DNA of 63,088 bases, filler included, from Olpidium bornovanus S191 (GCA_017911155.1; 26 parts of 26 records of this genome joined end to end with filler, not necessarily neighbours in it), one strand, 5' to 3'; shown: positions 1-11,819, counted from the first letter of the whole stretch. Notes: generated from the sequence alone by a model not told the origin. Numbers and translations: made by a program.

Positions 1-2425
1 CATGCCCTGTTACGCGCGGAATTGTCCGCCGTACGGACCTCCGTTCCGGGCGCAGACGGCAAGTCGACCTCGGAGGCAGATCTGCAGAAGGAGACAACGA
101 AATGGCAGGAGAACGTTCGTGTCATCGACGACCGCGTTAGGATTTTGCTGGACGTGCTGCGGTACGGCTCTTCCGGCCCGGGGAAGCCGACATCCGGAGA
201 TTTTGAGGAATCAACACCCGACGCACGACCTCCTACGCGACAGCTTTCCACCCCAGCACAGTCGTCGTCAGCAGGCGCGGCGCCGCCGTCGCTCGCAATG
301 CGGCTCGCGGCCGCGACGCCGGCCGAGCGCGAGCAGATTATCAAGGAGGAGGCGGAGCGGCTGCTCAAGGAAAGGAAAGCCAGCGTCGCGGGCCATATCC
401 CTGTGTCGCCAACGAAGGGCCAGGCGCCGTTCGAGGCCGGAGGAGCTCTTAATTCGGCGGCAGAGGACCGGCTGGCGAAGGAGCGGCGCGAGGAGGAGCG
501 CCGGGAGACCGAGAAGCGCGAACGAGCGCTCGCCCGGGAACGGGAGAAGGGTGCGAGGAAGGACGTCTTTGCTGCGCCTCCGCCGTCCTCGCCTGCTCCG
601 GCGCCGGTCGCGCCGCAGCCGGCACCGGCCCCCGCGGTCACAGCGACTTCGAGCCCCACGTACGAGGAGCTCCAGGCGGAAAGGAAGTCGCGGGAGCGAG
701 CGGCGAGGGAGGCCGAGCTGAAGAGGCAGAGGGAGGAAGCCGAAGCGTTGCGCGTGCGGGCGGAAGACGCAGAAGCCCGGCGCAACGAGGAGCGCCGGCG
801 GGAGGAGGCCGAGGAGCGGTCGCGCGCGGCCATGCGCGAGCAGAGAAGGCAAGGGCCGCTCTCGCCGGTCCGCGGGCCGTCGTCGCAGGCCGCGGCGGCG
901 GCGCCGCACGCCCACGCCTCCTCCGCGGCTGACCCGGTCCCCAAACTCGAAACGTCTCCGACGGAGGACGCGCCGGAAACGGGCGGGCGGATTTCGGCGG
1001 CGATCCCAGTGCCGCGCCCGCCGGATTTCCAGGCGCCGGCGGCGGCATTCCTGGCCGCGAAAGCGGGAAGCGACATCCAGAGGATGCGCGAGGAGCAGGA
1101 GCAGGCGCGACTGCAGCGCGTGCGGGCCGAGGAGGAGAGGCAGCGGAAAATGCGGGAGGCCCACGAGGCCCGGATCCAGTCGCTGGTCGCCGGCGCGCCG
1201 GAGAAGAGCTCGGGATCGGCGCCCCTGTCTTCCGCCTTGCCCGCCTCGCCCCTTTCGCCCTCGCGCTTTCCGGCGATTAACAAGTCCCCGTCGGGCGGCC
1301 TCGCCGCAGGAGGAGCGTCGCCGCCGTCGTCGACGTTCAGCGCCGCTGACAAGAACTTCGCGCCACCGTCCGGTCGGCACCCCGCCTTGGCCAAGCGGGG
1401 TTCCACGGACTGGCTCGACGCACTGGCCTCGGAGTCGTACAACAGCCTGCAGCCGGAAGAGCCCGGGCAAACCGCCGACGCTCGGACGCCGCCCGCGGCC
1501 AGAGGTTTCAGCCCGAACATGCGCCGCGCGCAGGAGGCCCTGGCGGCCAAATTCGCCCAGAGGCCCGCCGCGCCGCCCGACCTGGTGACCCGGGCGTACA
1601 ATGCGAACGAAACGAAGGTGTCGAGTAACGCTGCGCCAGCGCCGGACGGCGGCGTTCCCGTACCGCCGCCGCCGCCGCCGCCGCCACATTTCTCGAGCCC
1701 GTCCGGGCAAGCGCGCACGCATGCTCCAGCCGCCTCCCTTCTCCTGTTCGCGTCTCAACCGCTGGGCAGCGATGTCCGTTCCGGAACCTCGTCCGCTTTC
1801 GCATCCACAATTTCACCACCACCCCCACCACCTCCTCCTCCTCCGCCCCCACCCCAACTCCCGGTATCGTCTGGCACGCTGTCAACCGTTGTGGGGCCGG
1901 CCGACGTCCCGAAATTGCCTGCGTTTCCGACTTATTCGGCTCCGCCGGCAGCAGCGCCGCTCTCGCAAGGGCCGCCGGAGGCCGAAGCCGAACCGCCGCT
2001 GTCGGCGGCGGTAGACGTTTTCGGCGATTCTCAAGGGATGGAAGCTGAGGCGACCGAGGAACAACGCCCGCAGAGTGAGTTCTGCTCTCTCTCTCCCTCT
2101 CTCTCTGTCTCTCTATTCTTTCTTTTTGTCGCGCTCTCCGTTTGTTCATTTCAGGTCATCCGATACCCAAGTAATTTTCAGGAAGCGTCCTCAACTTACC
2201 CTTTTTTCCCTTTTTTTTTTCTTTTTTCTTTTTTCTCTTTTTTTTCGTACGGCCCCGTACAAGGCCGTTTTCAGGCAACGTACGCCTACGGTGGCGGCCG
2301 AAAGGACGACCTTACCTTCGCCGAAGGGGAAATCATACTTGTGGACGAGGAGGAGTACAACGACGAGGACGACTGGTGGTATGGCCGGAAAGAGGCCGAC
2401 GGCGCTCCCGGCTGGTTTCCGCGGG
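1..2425 (+). CDS. Coiled-coil, proline-rich protein with a C-terminal SH3 domain (Pan1/intersectin-like C-terminal architecture), partial at both ends
   Basis: Long open frame with E/R-rich coiled coils and poly-Pro tracts, then an SH3 signature (ATYAYGGGRKDDLTFAEGEIILV...DDWWYGRKEADGAPGWFP) at about 2270-2425. GTGAGT donor at 2075 with a pyrimidine-rich intron. EH domains are not seen in this contig. Confidence 0.7.
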
Positions 2426-2525
2426 NNNNNNNNNNNNNNNNNNNNNNNNNNNNNNNNNNNNNNNNNNNNTTAATTAATTAANNNNNNNNNNNNNNNNNNN
2501 NNNNNNNNNNNNNNNNNNNNNNNNN
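2426..2525. other. Artificial contig-joining spacer (44 N + TTAATTAATTAA + 44 N), first of 25 identical copies
   Basis: Identical 100-nt spacers start at 2426, 4272, 5633, 7938, 9866, 13040, 16523, 19858, 21952, 26371, 28177, 29456, 31767, 34485, 35839, 40030, 42536, 45281, 46395, 50817, 53086, 55875, 57717, 59365 and 60721. TTAATTAATTAA puts a stop in all six frames. It explains every ORF ending in XXX or XXXLIN. Confidence 0.99.
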
Positions 2526-2537
2526 CAAAGGGGGGGG

Positions 2538-2573
<36 letters not shown>

Positions 2574-2729
2574 AGTATCATGACGTGCCAACTTGCCATT
2601 TTCGAAGTGCATTATCGCCGGTATGCTACGAAGATGTAGACAGTTGCTCTGAGCCTCGATCTTTCGCGCCCAGAAGCACCGGGGGCTTCAACGACGACAG
2701 CTGCGCCGACGTCCTCGACAGCGGCAACG

Positions 2730-2987
2730 ATGGCGAAGACGTTCTTCCGAGGTTCGGCGGACACGCTACCGGACTGGGCAAAGGAACAGCGTATTCAGAA
2801 GCAGGCCGCATATCGGGAGATGCAGGAGGCGCTGAAGCAGCAGATCGCAGAGAAAGAGAGGGCCCGCATGGAGGTCAAGGCGAGGGAACAGGAAGAGGAG
2901 GCTCGTGAAATGGAGCGCATGCAGCTAGAACGCCAGGCGCTGGATGCGCACTTCCGTGCCGAGATCGAGCAGGAGCAGAGGCAAGCG
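2730..2987 (+). CDS. CCDC66/CSPP1-like centrosomal/ciliary coiled-coil protein exon; the gene probably continues in Pro/Ala-rich exons to about 3800
   Basis: TFFRG...KQAAYREMQEALKQQIAEKERARMEVKAREQEEEAREMERMQLER resembles the TF.RG...L..QI.EK coiled-coil motif of CCDC66/CSPP1. GTAAGA donor at 2988. Confidence 0.55.
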
Positions 2988-4371
2988 GTAAGAGGTGGAT
3001 TTTTTTTTTTTTGTGTGTGTGCACAGTTTGCCGGGCATGGCCCCGTCTGTGAGCGCTCCGGGCGTCTCAAGCGGACGTCACCGCGAGTAATTCAAGGCGA
3101 CGTCGGGTTGACTGCACCAGGAGGAAATCGCGAACAAAAAGAGGCAAGAAAAAGCGTTTTCGAATCGGCAGAGTTCGTCGGATCCTCCGGCCGCCCGGCC
3201 ACCGGGACCCCAGGCAAACCTTGACCGGCCTTTGTCCCTGGAGGGAATCACGGATGCTGAAACGAAAAGGGCCCTGGCGAAGAAGCTCCGCCTGCAAGGT
3301 GATGCCCCCTCCCCCAGCCTCTCCCACCTTTCGACCCCACACAACGCAATGTACCTGATCTACTGGGCGGGCCTAACATTTTCACCGCAAAAAGAGGCGC
3401 GCAACACAGCCAAGTCGTCGCAGGCCCCATCTCCCGTCCAGGCCCTGCCGCTCCGGCCGCCCAGTCCGCCGATCCGGGTGCAGCACAACGCCGCGGCCGC
3501 GGCGCTTACGGCGGACGCGAATTCCACGCCTTTCCCATCCGCTCGTACCGCGCGCCCTGCGGAGGCTGCCGCGCCGCGGCCCTCCTTTGACGAGACGCCC
3601 GTCGAGCGTCGCAGCGCCGCCGGCGAGCCGCTCCAAAATGCAACGAACCTCGTCCAGTCGGCGCAGCTTCCGCCTGTCTCGGCGGGCGTGAAAAGATACG
3701 ACGCCGTCCGCGCAGAAGCGCGCGCACTTGATCTCCCTCCGGACAACCAAGGAACTGCGACTAGCAGTCTGACGAGCGCGGGTGGGCCGCGATCTCCGGA
3801 CAAGGTGAGCGGATTTCGTTTTCCAGCCGCCTTCCATTTCGACACGGGGATACCCGCGTAACCACGCATCACCTTAGACGACTGTTCAAGCTGTTCTCGA
3901 CCAGCTCAGCGCACTGAAACAGGTTAGGAAGGACCCGCTATCTGAATGCGGGCGTATAAGAGGTCATTGTCCTCCGTTCTTTTGACCGCGCTGTTCCTCC
4001 CTTCTCCCCGGCCCCCCGGCCCTTCAAACGTCGCGTTCGTCGCGTTTTTTTTTTTTTCAGGACCTCGAGCAGGAGCAGCGCAAGGTGGAGCAAGACCTCT
4101 TGCAACCCCGGCCGCTGGCGGCCGGGGTTTTTGCTGGACGCCGGTTACGGTCTGCGATTCCTTTGGCGGCTCCGCCGATCGAGAAAAGCGGTAGGCACGA
4201 GGACACTCACGACGTCGTCAACGGTACGCGGGAAAAAGATTTCGGGTGGTTGCATTCTGCAGCGCTCTCCCNNNNNNNNNNNNNNNNNNNNNNNNNNNNN
4301 NNNNNNNNNNNNNNNTTAATTAATTAANNNNNNNNNNNNNNNNNNNNNNNNNNNNNNNNNNNNNNNNNNNN

Positions 4372-4429
4372 TACCCGCGTGACCGGGGGATCTTTTCGAA
4401 AAAACAGGTGAGGTTTGCCCGTTTTTTTG

Positions 4430-4464
<35 letters not shown>

Positions 4465-5361
4465 CCCCGCCGGAAATTTGGTCGACGCCTGGAAATCACA
4501 CGCACCACGCGGGGTCGGTGCCGAGAAAAGAAGAACCGGGTGACTCACGCGCAGCCGTTTGCGGGTTGGCAGCCGCGACAGCGGTTCTTTCTCTCGGAGG
4601 AGCCCGTGGCGGTCACAAACCAATGTATATATTTCACTCTCAACCGGTCGGCGTCCGCGGGGTTCCCCCGGGGGCTGGACGAATATTACTTCCTGGGCCT
4701 CCTCAACTCGTCCGTGATGCGGTACTACATGTCCGCGCACTGTAAGTACGACCAGTGCGGACGGCTGCGTCTTTTTCGGGAAAACCTGGCCCGTTTGCCG
4801 TTTGCGACGCCTCAGAAGACGAGTTTGCGGATTCTCTCTGCGCTCGCGGCGCGGGCGGCTCGCGTGCGGAGGAGAGTCTTTGAGTTTCACGCCGACCGGT
4901 CGCGGATGGAATCGGAAGGCATCTCTGCCAGTCTGCTGGAGTACGTGCGAAACGGCGTCCCGAGACTGCCGGACGCGCAGGCAGAGCCCGACGGAAATCC
5001 GCAGGAAGCAGTCGCGGATTTTGCCCGCAAGAACGGCGACGTTCGGTCCAAATCCACCAGAGACCATATCAATGCTCTGTTGAGAGTATCTGCAATTCTG
5101 CAGTACGCAGTGGACCAGATCTGCTACCGTATATACGGCGTGGACGGCGAGCTCCAGAAAGACTTGGAAAACGAACTGGACATTAGGGCTCAGGAGGACA
5201 TCCGGAAAGCCGCAAGCTTTACGTATTCAGAAACCACGGAGGTAGCGCCTGGAGAGATAGATTTCGACGAAGTGCTCAAATTGGCAGACAGCGTTCTCAA
5301 GTCTCCAGCGGTGGACCCACACGTTACCCCGGCACATACGCCAAGTAAATCTCCGCGCTGA
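4372..5361 (+). CDS. TaqI_C-like (Eco57I / type IIG restriction-modification) specificity domain plus helical tail; 3' part of a putative N6-adenine DNA methyltransferase
   Basis: Proposed spliced product (exon 4372-4407, intron 4408-4554 GTGAGG...GCAG, exon 4555-5361): YPRDRGIFSKKQ|PFAGWQPRQRFFLSEEPVAVTNQCIYF...EYYFLGLLNSSVMRYYM...GRLRLFRENLARLPF. This matches the R..F.K...F...N..Y...YLLGLLNS...+Y...G..R+....L..LP pattern of TaqI-like C-terminal domains. The catalytic MTase motifs lie off-contig. Confidence 0.65.
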
Positions 5362-5805
5362 TTGTGCCTACCGGCCGTAGGCGGATAGAAATTGAACTTG
5401 AGTGAGGACGGAGGGCGATGGAAGGGGAGAACGGGGCGGGGAGGTCGAAAGAGCGGAGGAAAAGTAAAAACCTACACCCCTTGCAGGATAGAGGGAAGTA
5501 CCTTAATTTGCCATGAACAAAACGCGCATAACCACAGCAGAAACTTACCGGCATCCAGCGGACCCTGGCTCGTGGGAAAAACAGGATTCGGACTGTGTAG
5601 CCGTATGTGCGGATGTCTTGGGGTGGTGCGGANNNNNNNNNNNNNNNNNNNNNNNNNNNNNNNNNNNNNNNNNNNNTTAATTAATTAANNNNNNNNNNNN
5701 NNNNNNNNNNNNNNNNNNNNNNNNNNNNNNNNAAAGTTTAGCCCCCTGGATTGGTTCGGCACGCTGCAGGGATCCAGCCTTCAGACGAATCTAAGAAGTT
5801 ACCAC

Positions 5806-6880
5806 CTTAGCACGCGGGCGTCAGACGTCAGCCCCGCGATCGCGACGCCCATGTGGTTGTCGATGCGGATGAGTTTCTTCTGATGAGAGGCCAGCTCTCC
5901 GATAGCCCGCTGGGAAACAGGGACGTGCAAAAGGGCGCGCGAGGGGCAAAGAGCGGAATCAGTCGGGCCCGGGGCCCGAATCGGGGCGGACGCCAGCCCA
6001 CGCGCGCCTTTCTCTCGCTCAACGCGCGAAACCCCGGCGAAGATGGGGCGCGTCCGTCGTTCGCCGGACGCTGGAAATCGCCTGACTGTGGATCTTATTC
6101 TCGCAGGCCCCCCCCCCCCCGCACCTTGACGGTCAAAAGGACGACGTGCGTCTTCGACCGGACTCCGACCGCCGCCGAGCCCTGCTTCACGGCCTCGAGA
6201 GCATACTCGATCTGGTGGATGCGCCCTTGCGGCGACCACGTCGCGTTGTCGTTATCGTACTACCGGAAATGCGAAAAAGGGGCAAAAAACAAAAAAAGTG
6301 TCAGCTCGCCTCTTTTGCGAAGGGGAACGATCGGGAAAAAGGTGTGGGGGAAAGCGGGTAAGCTGGCGGGCGGGCCGGGCCCTAAACCGCCGTCTTTTCG
6401 CAGCGCGGATGCGTCTGGCACGGCCGCCGGGAAAGAAATGGGAGCGCCCGTCCTTGCTTGGAGCAGTTCGACCGCGCTTGCGCGGCTTACCTGGTTTCTA
6501 AACTGCGCGAGAAAAAGAGGGAAGGAAGCAACGCGGGGTTGACATCAGAGTGTGATCAGGGCCGCGTTCTCCCGCCCGTACGCCGAAGAACGCGAGGGTG
6601 GGGTGGAAGCCGAGGCTGCGGGGGTAGGGGCAGGGCTTTTTGCCGAAGTCGCGCCACGCGAGACCCGGCAAAGAAGAAAAAAAAACAAAGGGAAAAACGG
6701 CGGAAAGTGCGAAAGGGGGAGGGCGGGAAGTAAAGCGCTCTCTTTCTCTCGTTCCGCTCCCGCCCGTTTTTTTTTTTTTTTTTGGCGGGTCGTCGGGATC
6801 GTTGGTGCGCGTGCGCGGGCGCCCGCGGGAGGGCGTGGCCGCGCTCTTGCGGCAGCCGGCGCCTCTTTCGGCCTCACCAT
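5806..6880 (-). CDS. PRE5: 20S proteasome subunit alpha-6 (PSMA1/Pre5), 5' part
   Basis: Exons: ATG 6878-6880; FRNQ 6491-6502; [45 protein letters not shown] 6125-6259; [34 protein letters not shown] about 5806-5909. Introns are GT-AG; the last donor position is approximate. Confidence 0.95.
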
Positions 6881-7039
6881 TTTTGCCGCTGTCTTGTCGC
6901 TTTCTCCCTTTTCTTTCGTCCGCCGCCTCCCACCTTTCGGCGGATTACGCCTTCTTTTCCTTTTCCTTTTTTTTCCCTTCTTTTTTTTCGCCTTCCGGCC
7001 GTTTGGCGGTCGGTGCCGGGCGGGGGGGGGGGTGGGGGT

Positions 7040-7071
<32 letters not shown>

Positions 7072-7854
7072 GGGGGGGGGGTGGGGCACGCCGGGAAGGG
7101 GAATTCAAGAAGGAAAAAAAAGAACAGCAAGAGTTGATGATTCATCATCGTTCACGCCACTCGCTGTCTCTCTCTCTTTCTCTCTCTCGCTCTGCTCCCT
7201 CTCTCTCTCTCTCGTTTCTCTGCTTTCTCTCTCTCTCTTTACCTCTCGCTGCTGCTGCCCGCCGCCGCCGCCCGGAGATTGACTGGAAACCGCCGCCCGT
7301 CGGGGGGTTGCGCGCAGGGGAGCGGGTGCGGGCGCGCGTGCGCGCGTGTGGCGGGGCCGCTTTCCATCGCCCGAAATGGAAACGGAAAAAACTCTTAACC
7401 GCCTTGGAACAAACCCCCCCCCCCCATTTCCCCCCTTCCCCAGAACCAAACCAAACCCCCCATCGCCGTCTCCCCCAACTGGCCCGCCGGCCCCCCCCCC
7501 CCTTTCCGCCGACCATCCACACCACCCAAACCCCGCGTAATCAAATTCAGGCTCCCGCACGCGGCCCGACCGGAAGTGAAAAGGGGCGGGAGGGCGTCTG
7601 CGTTATATTACTCTTTTCTTTCTGCTGTCCCCCCCCCTCCTCTCGTTTCTCTGGCCGACCACTCGAAAACGCCCTCCGTCGCCCGTCGCGAAGGGAATCT
7701 CAATCTCATCCACCTCCCCCCAATTCGCCACGTCTGAGGAGAACAAACGAACGAAAACAAAAAGATAAAATACAATAATAAAAAAGAAAGACCCCGGGGA
7801 ATTCGGCCGGTTTCAGGAAACTCGATCCCGGGGGAGAAAGGGGCGGGGAGAAAA

Positions 7855-7891
<37 letters not shown>

Positions 7892-8436
7892 GGGGGGGGG
7901 GGGGGCAGGGGGGGGGGGGGGGGGGGGGCGCGGGAGCNNNNNNNNNNNNNNNNNNNNNNNNNNNNNNNNNNNNNNNNNNNNTTAATTAATTAANNNNNNN
8001 NNNNNNNNNNNNNNNNNNNNNNNNNNNNNNNNNNNNNCAGCTGCAGAGCAATGCGCAGCAGCACCAGCAGCACGACGAATGAAAAAAAGCGGTTATCGTA
8101 AACCTTTCCCCCCCCACATTTTCTCCCCCGCCCCTTGGCGGTCTCTCCTGTTTTCATGTACAAATTTTCGTTGATTGTATTTTGTGTACGCTTATGGGCA
8201 ATGTGGGTGCCATGGCCGGCCGGTTCAAGGTTTTTTGTTTTTAAAAAAAATAATCTGAATAAAATGTGTTGTCGTGCGTGCCCTCGGTGTGTGTGTGTGT
8301 GCGTGTGTGTGTGTGCGCGTGTGCGTGTGGGTGTATGTATGCGCATGAGAGCGCCTTTCCCTCCGCCGCGCCCTTTTCCCCCACCCTTTCTCTCCCAGAA
8401 ACAGACCACCGCCCCCCCAGCAGAACCCGTAGTAGA

Positions 8437-9576
8437 ATGGGAAAATCGAAGAAGCGCGCCCGCTCCCCGAGCCGCGCGGCGGACGACGGCGCGCGCGGAG
8501 GAGAGCCGGCTGCTGCTGTTGCTGCCGCTGCCGCCGGCCCCGCGGAAACCGTGGCGCCCCCCGCGAAAACGGGCAGGAAGCATGCGCGGAAGAACCGGGA
8601 AACCTCGCCGGCCGCGGAACCCGCCGCGGCTCCGGCGCAAGCTGCTGCGGAACCCGCCGCACCCCCCGCGAAAACGAGCAGGAAGCATGCGCGGAAAAAC
8701 CGGGAACCCTCCCCGACCGCGGAACCCGCCGCGGCGCCTGCGCCGGCTGCTGCGGAACCGGCCGCGGCGATAGCCCGGCGGAGGCAGAAGAGCGAACCCC
8801 GCGGTAAGACGAAGGCCGTTGATCAGGCACGCGCAAAGAAGCGCGTCCTTGCCCGCGACGACGACGACGACGGGGACGACGGCGCCGGCGCCGTTGCCGA
8901 AGACGAGGATACCTCGGCCAGGGAGATCGCCGCCGAGGCGAAGGTCAAGAGTGAGAGGACGAGAGCAGCCAAGAGGGCAAAAAAGTTGGCCCCTGCTGGG
9001 CGGGAGAACGGCGCAGAAGAAACGGAGGAACAGAACGACGAAGGCCGTATGTTGCGGCTTCACCCCGAGCCCGCCGGTTCCTCCAACGGTGCGCCCGCGA
9101 AGCACGGTCAAAAGGGCAAAGTGAAAAGTAAAACGGAAGCCCGCCAGGGGGCGGACGAAAGCGAGGCGGGCCTTGAAACGGGCCCCCGCGGCTCCCAAGA
9201 GGCGGCAAGCCGGGGTTCTGAAGTCGAGAACGATATCCGCCGGAAAACTGTAGCCCGCAATCGACCTGCCGGCAAAAACGACGGCGCATCCCGGAAACGG
9301 AACGCGGACAAGGGCGGCACGCAGGATGCTGACGAGAAGTCGAAGCAGGTTAGACAGGACAGTGCGCACGCAGCGGCGGCCGAAATTTCTCGCAGCGGAA
9401 AGAGGCACAAGAGCATGGACACGGGAAAGGAGAGTGAAAGGTTGCCGGACTTCGTTGCCTCGAAAAAGGAAGGCGCGTCCGCCGGGAGCCCCGCCCAAGA
9501 GGGCGAGGGCATTGAGAAACCCGACGACTCCGACGCCGGAGCAACAAAAGGTTCCAAGAGCAAAAAGAGGAAAGAC
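8437..9576 (+). CDS. Lys/Ala-rich low-complexity protein, first exon (function unknown, possibly nucleolar)
   Basis: ATG at 8437 (MGKSKKRARSP...), open frame to a GTAAGC donor at about 9577, many basic NLS-like clusters, and an internal 105-bp duplication. Confidence 0.5.
8557..8766 (+). repeat. In-frame 105-bp (35-aa) tandem duplication
   Basis: PPAKTGRKHARKNRETSPAAEPAAAPAQAAAEPAA versus PPAKTSRKHARKNREPSPTAEPAAAPAPAAAEPAA; copies start at 8557 and 8662. Confidence 0.9.
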
Positions 9577-10335
9577 GTAAGCTTCATGTCTTTTGTTTGG
9601 ATCTTTTTTCGCATGGTGTTCGCATCGCCACCAGACAGTACTGTTTGTGCCTCTATGATTGACTTCTACGTCGAACTTTCACATCTCTTTTGGCCAACGC
9701 CTGCTGACCACTGTTGGTTTCACAATGCCTGGAAAGGAGAGTGAAATGCGCAAGAACGAGGCTGCGAAGGACGCTGGCGGCAAAGTCGGCAAGAGTAGGG
9801 GTGTAGAGGTCGATACCGCGGTTGAGGTGGGTGGCTCAAGGGATTATAACATTGGCCAAGTCATGNNNNNNNNNNNNNNNNNNNNNNNNNNNNNNNNNNN
9901 NNNNNNNNNTTAATTAATTAANNNNNNNNNNNNNNNNNNNNNNNNNNNNNNNNNNNNNNNNNNNNCTCAAGACCAGGGACCTGTTGGAGCATAATGTCAG
10001 CAAAAGGGAGATGGCAAGACGAACGTTCCCGCTTTCATTGTGCGCAGAAAAAAGGGGCGCTATCCGTGTAGCGAAAGCGCATGTGGCAGAAGATCACGTA
10101 AGCGTTGCCTTTTAACGGTCGCCGCGCGCCGGACAGCTGGCTGTTCCACCCCCCAAGGAGCCGCCGCGGGGAATATCTGCCGCAATTTCGTCCGAGGTCC
10201 CTCACGGGCGTCAAAACCGTCCGGGCGGTTTGGCAAGGTAGGCGTCACAAGGAGATAGGAAAAAGGCAAAACGTGCCCTATCTCCCCACCTCCCTTCCTT
10301 TAATTTTTGTTTTTTTTTTCCCAGAGAAAACTTAC

Positions 10336-11172
10336 CAGGTGCATTCGGTGGGGCTGGTGGACTCTGTCCGCCATAGCGTTAAAGATCAGCTCGGCGTCGG
10401 GCGGCGATCGCCCGAGCCCCGTCGTCAGGACGGCCAGCCGCTGGAGGTTGAACACCACGTCCGCGCGGGGGTACGCATCGAGCAGGGCAGCGCGGGCCCT
10501 CACGGTGGCAACTTGAAAGTCGGGCACGACGACGACGGCTTTGATTTCGGGCGCCCATCCGAGCCGGACGAGCCGAACGATCGACGGGGGCGGCGGCCGC
10601 CGGTCCGCGACGAGGGTGTCCAGGAATTCGCGAGACACGTCCCGCAGGTAGGACGCGACGAACCCGCCCGCCGTCGCGGCGGTCACGTTGTCCGGGTGCC
10701 CCTCGATGGTTAGGCAGTAGTCGAGCACCCGCTCCCGCAACAGACCCAGTTCTCCCAGCTCGTTGGCGAGGAGCACCCCGGCCACGACCGCGGCACCCGA
10801 AGAGCCCAGACCCCGGCCGAGTGGGATCTGGTTTGAAACGCGCACGGTCGTCCCTCGCGGGAAGAGCGGCCCCACCGAGGCGGCGGGCCGCTCGGCGGCA
10901 AGGACGTAGGCCGCGGTGTGCGTGATGAGGTTCTTCTCCCAAGCTAGCGGGACCGAGTCCGCGCCCTCGCCCGTGTAAGTGAGGATCGGCGCGTCAGACG
11001 CCTCGGAGGCCGACCCGTCCACTTCGACGTCGAGCCTCAGCCAGATGGACAGCGCGAGCCCCAGGACGTCGAAGCCCGGTCCCAGGTTCGACGACGAGCC
11101 GGGCACCTCGATCGAGAATCTCGCGGTTTGAGCGCCAGCGTTAGCGCCTGGCGGCGGCTCCGAGGTGGTCAT
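10336..11172 (-). CDS. THR1: Homoserine kinase (GHMP family), first exon; later exons unresolved
   Basis: VPGSSSNLGPGFDVLGLAL, IPLGRGLGSSGAAVVAG and EGHPDNV motifs. ATG at 11172; GTAAG donor at 10335. Confidence 0.95.
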
Positions 11173-11467
11173 CGCGGACCGGTGTGGGGGCCGATGGGGG
11201 GGGGGTGGGGCAAAGCGGAGGCGGGCTTCAGGGCGGGAGGCGGGAGAGTTGCCAGGAGCGCGGAAAAGGAAGCGGAAGGTGTAAAAAGGACGCGAGGCGC
11301 CAAGGCGTTCTGTTTGTTTTTTGTTTTTTGGAAAACCCGAGTGGGTAATGAGGGGGCGGGGGGCTACGGGTAAAGGCGTGCGACGCGCATTGCACTTTTC
11401 CCGCAGAGCTTGGACAACGACGGCTGGGAGAGACCGGACGACGGCGGACACAAGAACGACGTGATCG

Positions 11468-11660
11468 TTCAAAGGCATGGATGACGTCCTTTTCGTGCTG
11501 AAGAATAGCGCCAGGTTCCGAGTTGGCCTCGAAGCAGTCGTATCCCTTCTGACCGATGAGGTACCTGCCGTTGCCGGCGACGTAGGCGTGTGTCAAGGAT
11601 CTGTTCAACTTCAAATTCTTCTTTGCCATCTAGCGACACCGGTTCAGGTCGCAAGTTGGT
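11468..11660 (-). mobile_element. Ty3/Gypsy chromovirus integrase chromodomain remnant (frameshifted)
   Basis: PEPVSLDGKEEFEVEQILDTRLRR, then after a frameshift RYLIGQKGYDCFEANSEPGAILQHEKDVIHAFE: a chromodomain consensus with the aromatic-cage Trp residues decayed. Confidence 0.8.
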
Positions 11661-11819
11661 TTGTAGAATCGGGCGCAAATGAGAACAGCTTGAAGTATGA
11701 CCAGGGTTTTGAGGCGGCAAACCGAGGGGGAACTGAGAGTGACGCGGGTATACTCGATCAAATCTCTCTACGAGCAAATTCCCTACTAGGACGGCCACGG
11801 GGACGCATCTGCCCTCGAG

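Noticed and set aside
268-1758. Many long Arg/Gly/Pro-rich ORFs antisense to or overlapping real genes (also 7990-9498, 14386-15132, 43514-44185, 49824-50633)
   Set aside because: Shadow ORFs caused by high GC and few stop codons; they carry no recognisable motifs.
2470-2481. Regularly recurring TTAATTAATTAA motif that could look like a repeat array or CRISPR-like structure
   Set aside because: It is always centred in 88 N's: an artificial six-frame-stop linker. No CRISPR repeat-spacer array was seen anywhere in the window.
6540-6670. Possible intronic box C/D snoRNA in proteasome intron 1 (CTGATCACACTCTGA on the - strand)
   Set aside because: D-box-like CTGA copies are present, but I found no convincing C box or identifiable target; this needs an Infernal/snoScan search.
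6881-6890. PACE/Rpn4-like element (AGCGGCAAAA on the - strand) next to the proteasome ATG
   Set aside because: It is an imperfect match, lies immediately before the ATG, and Rpn4 regulation is not established for this lineage.
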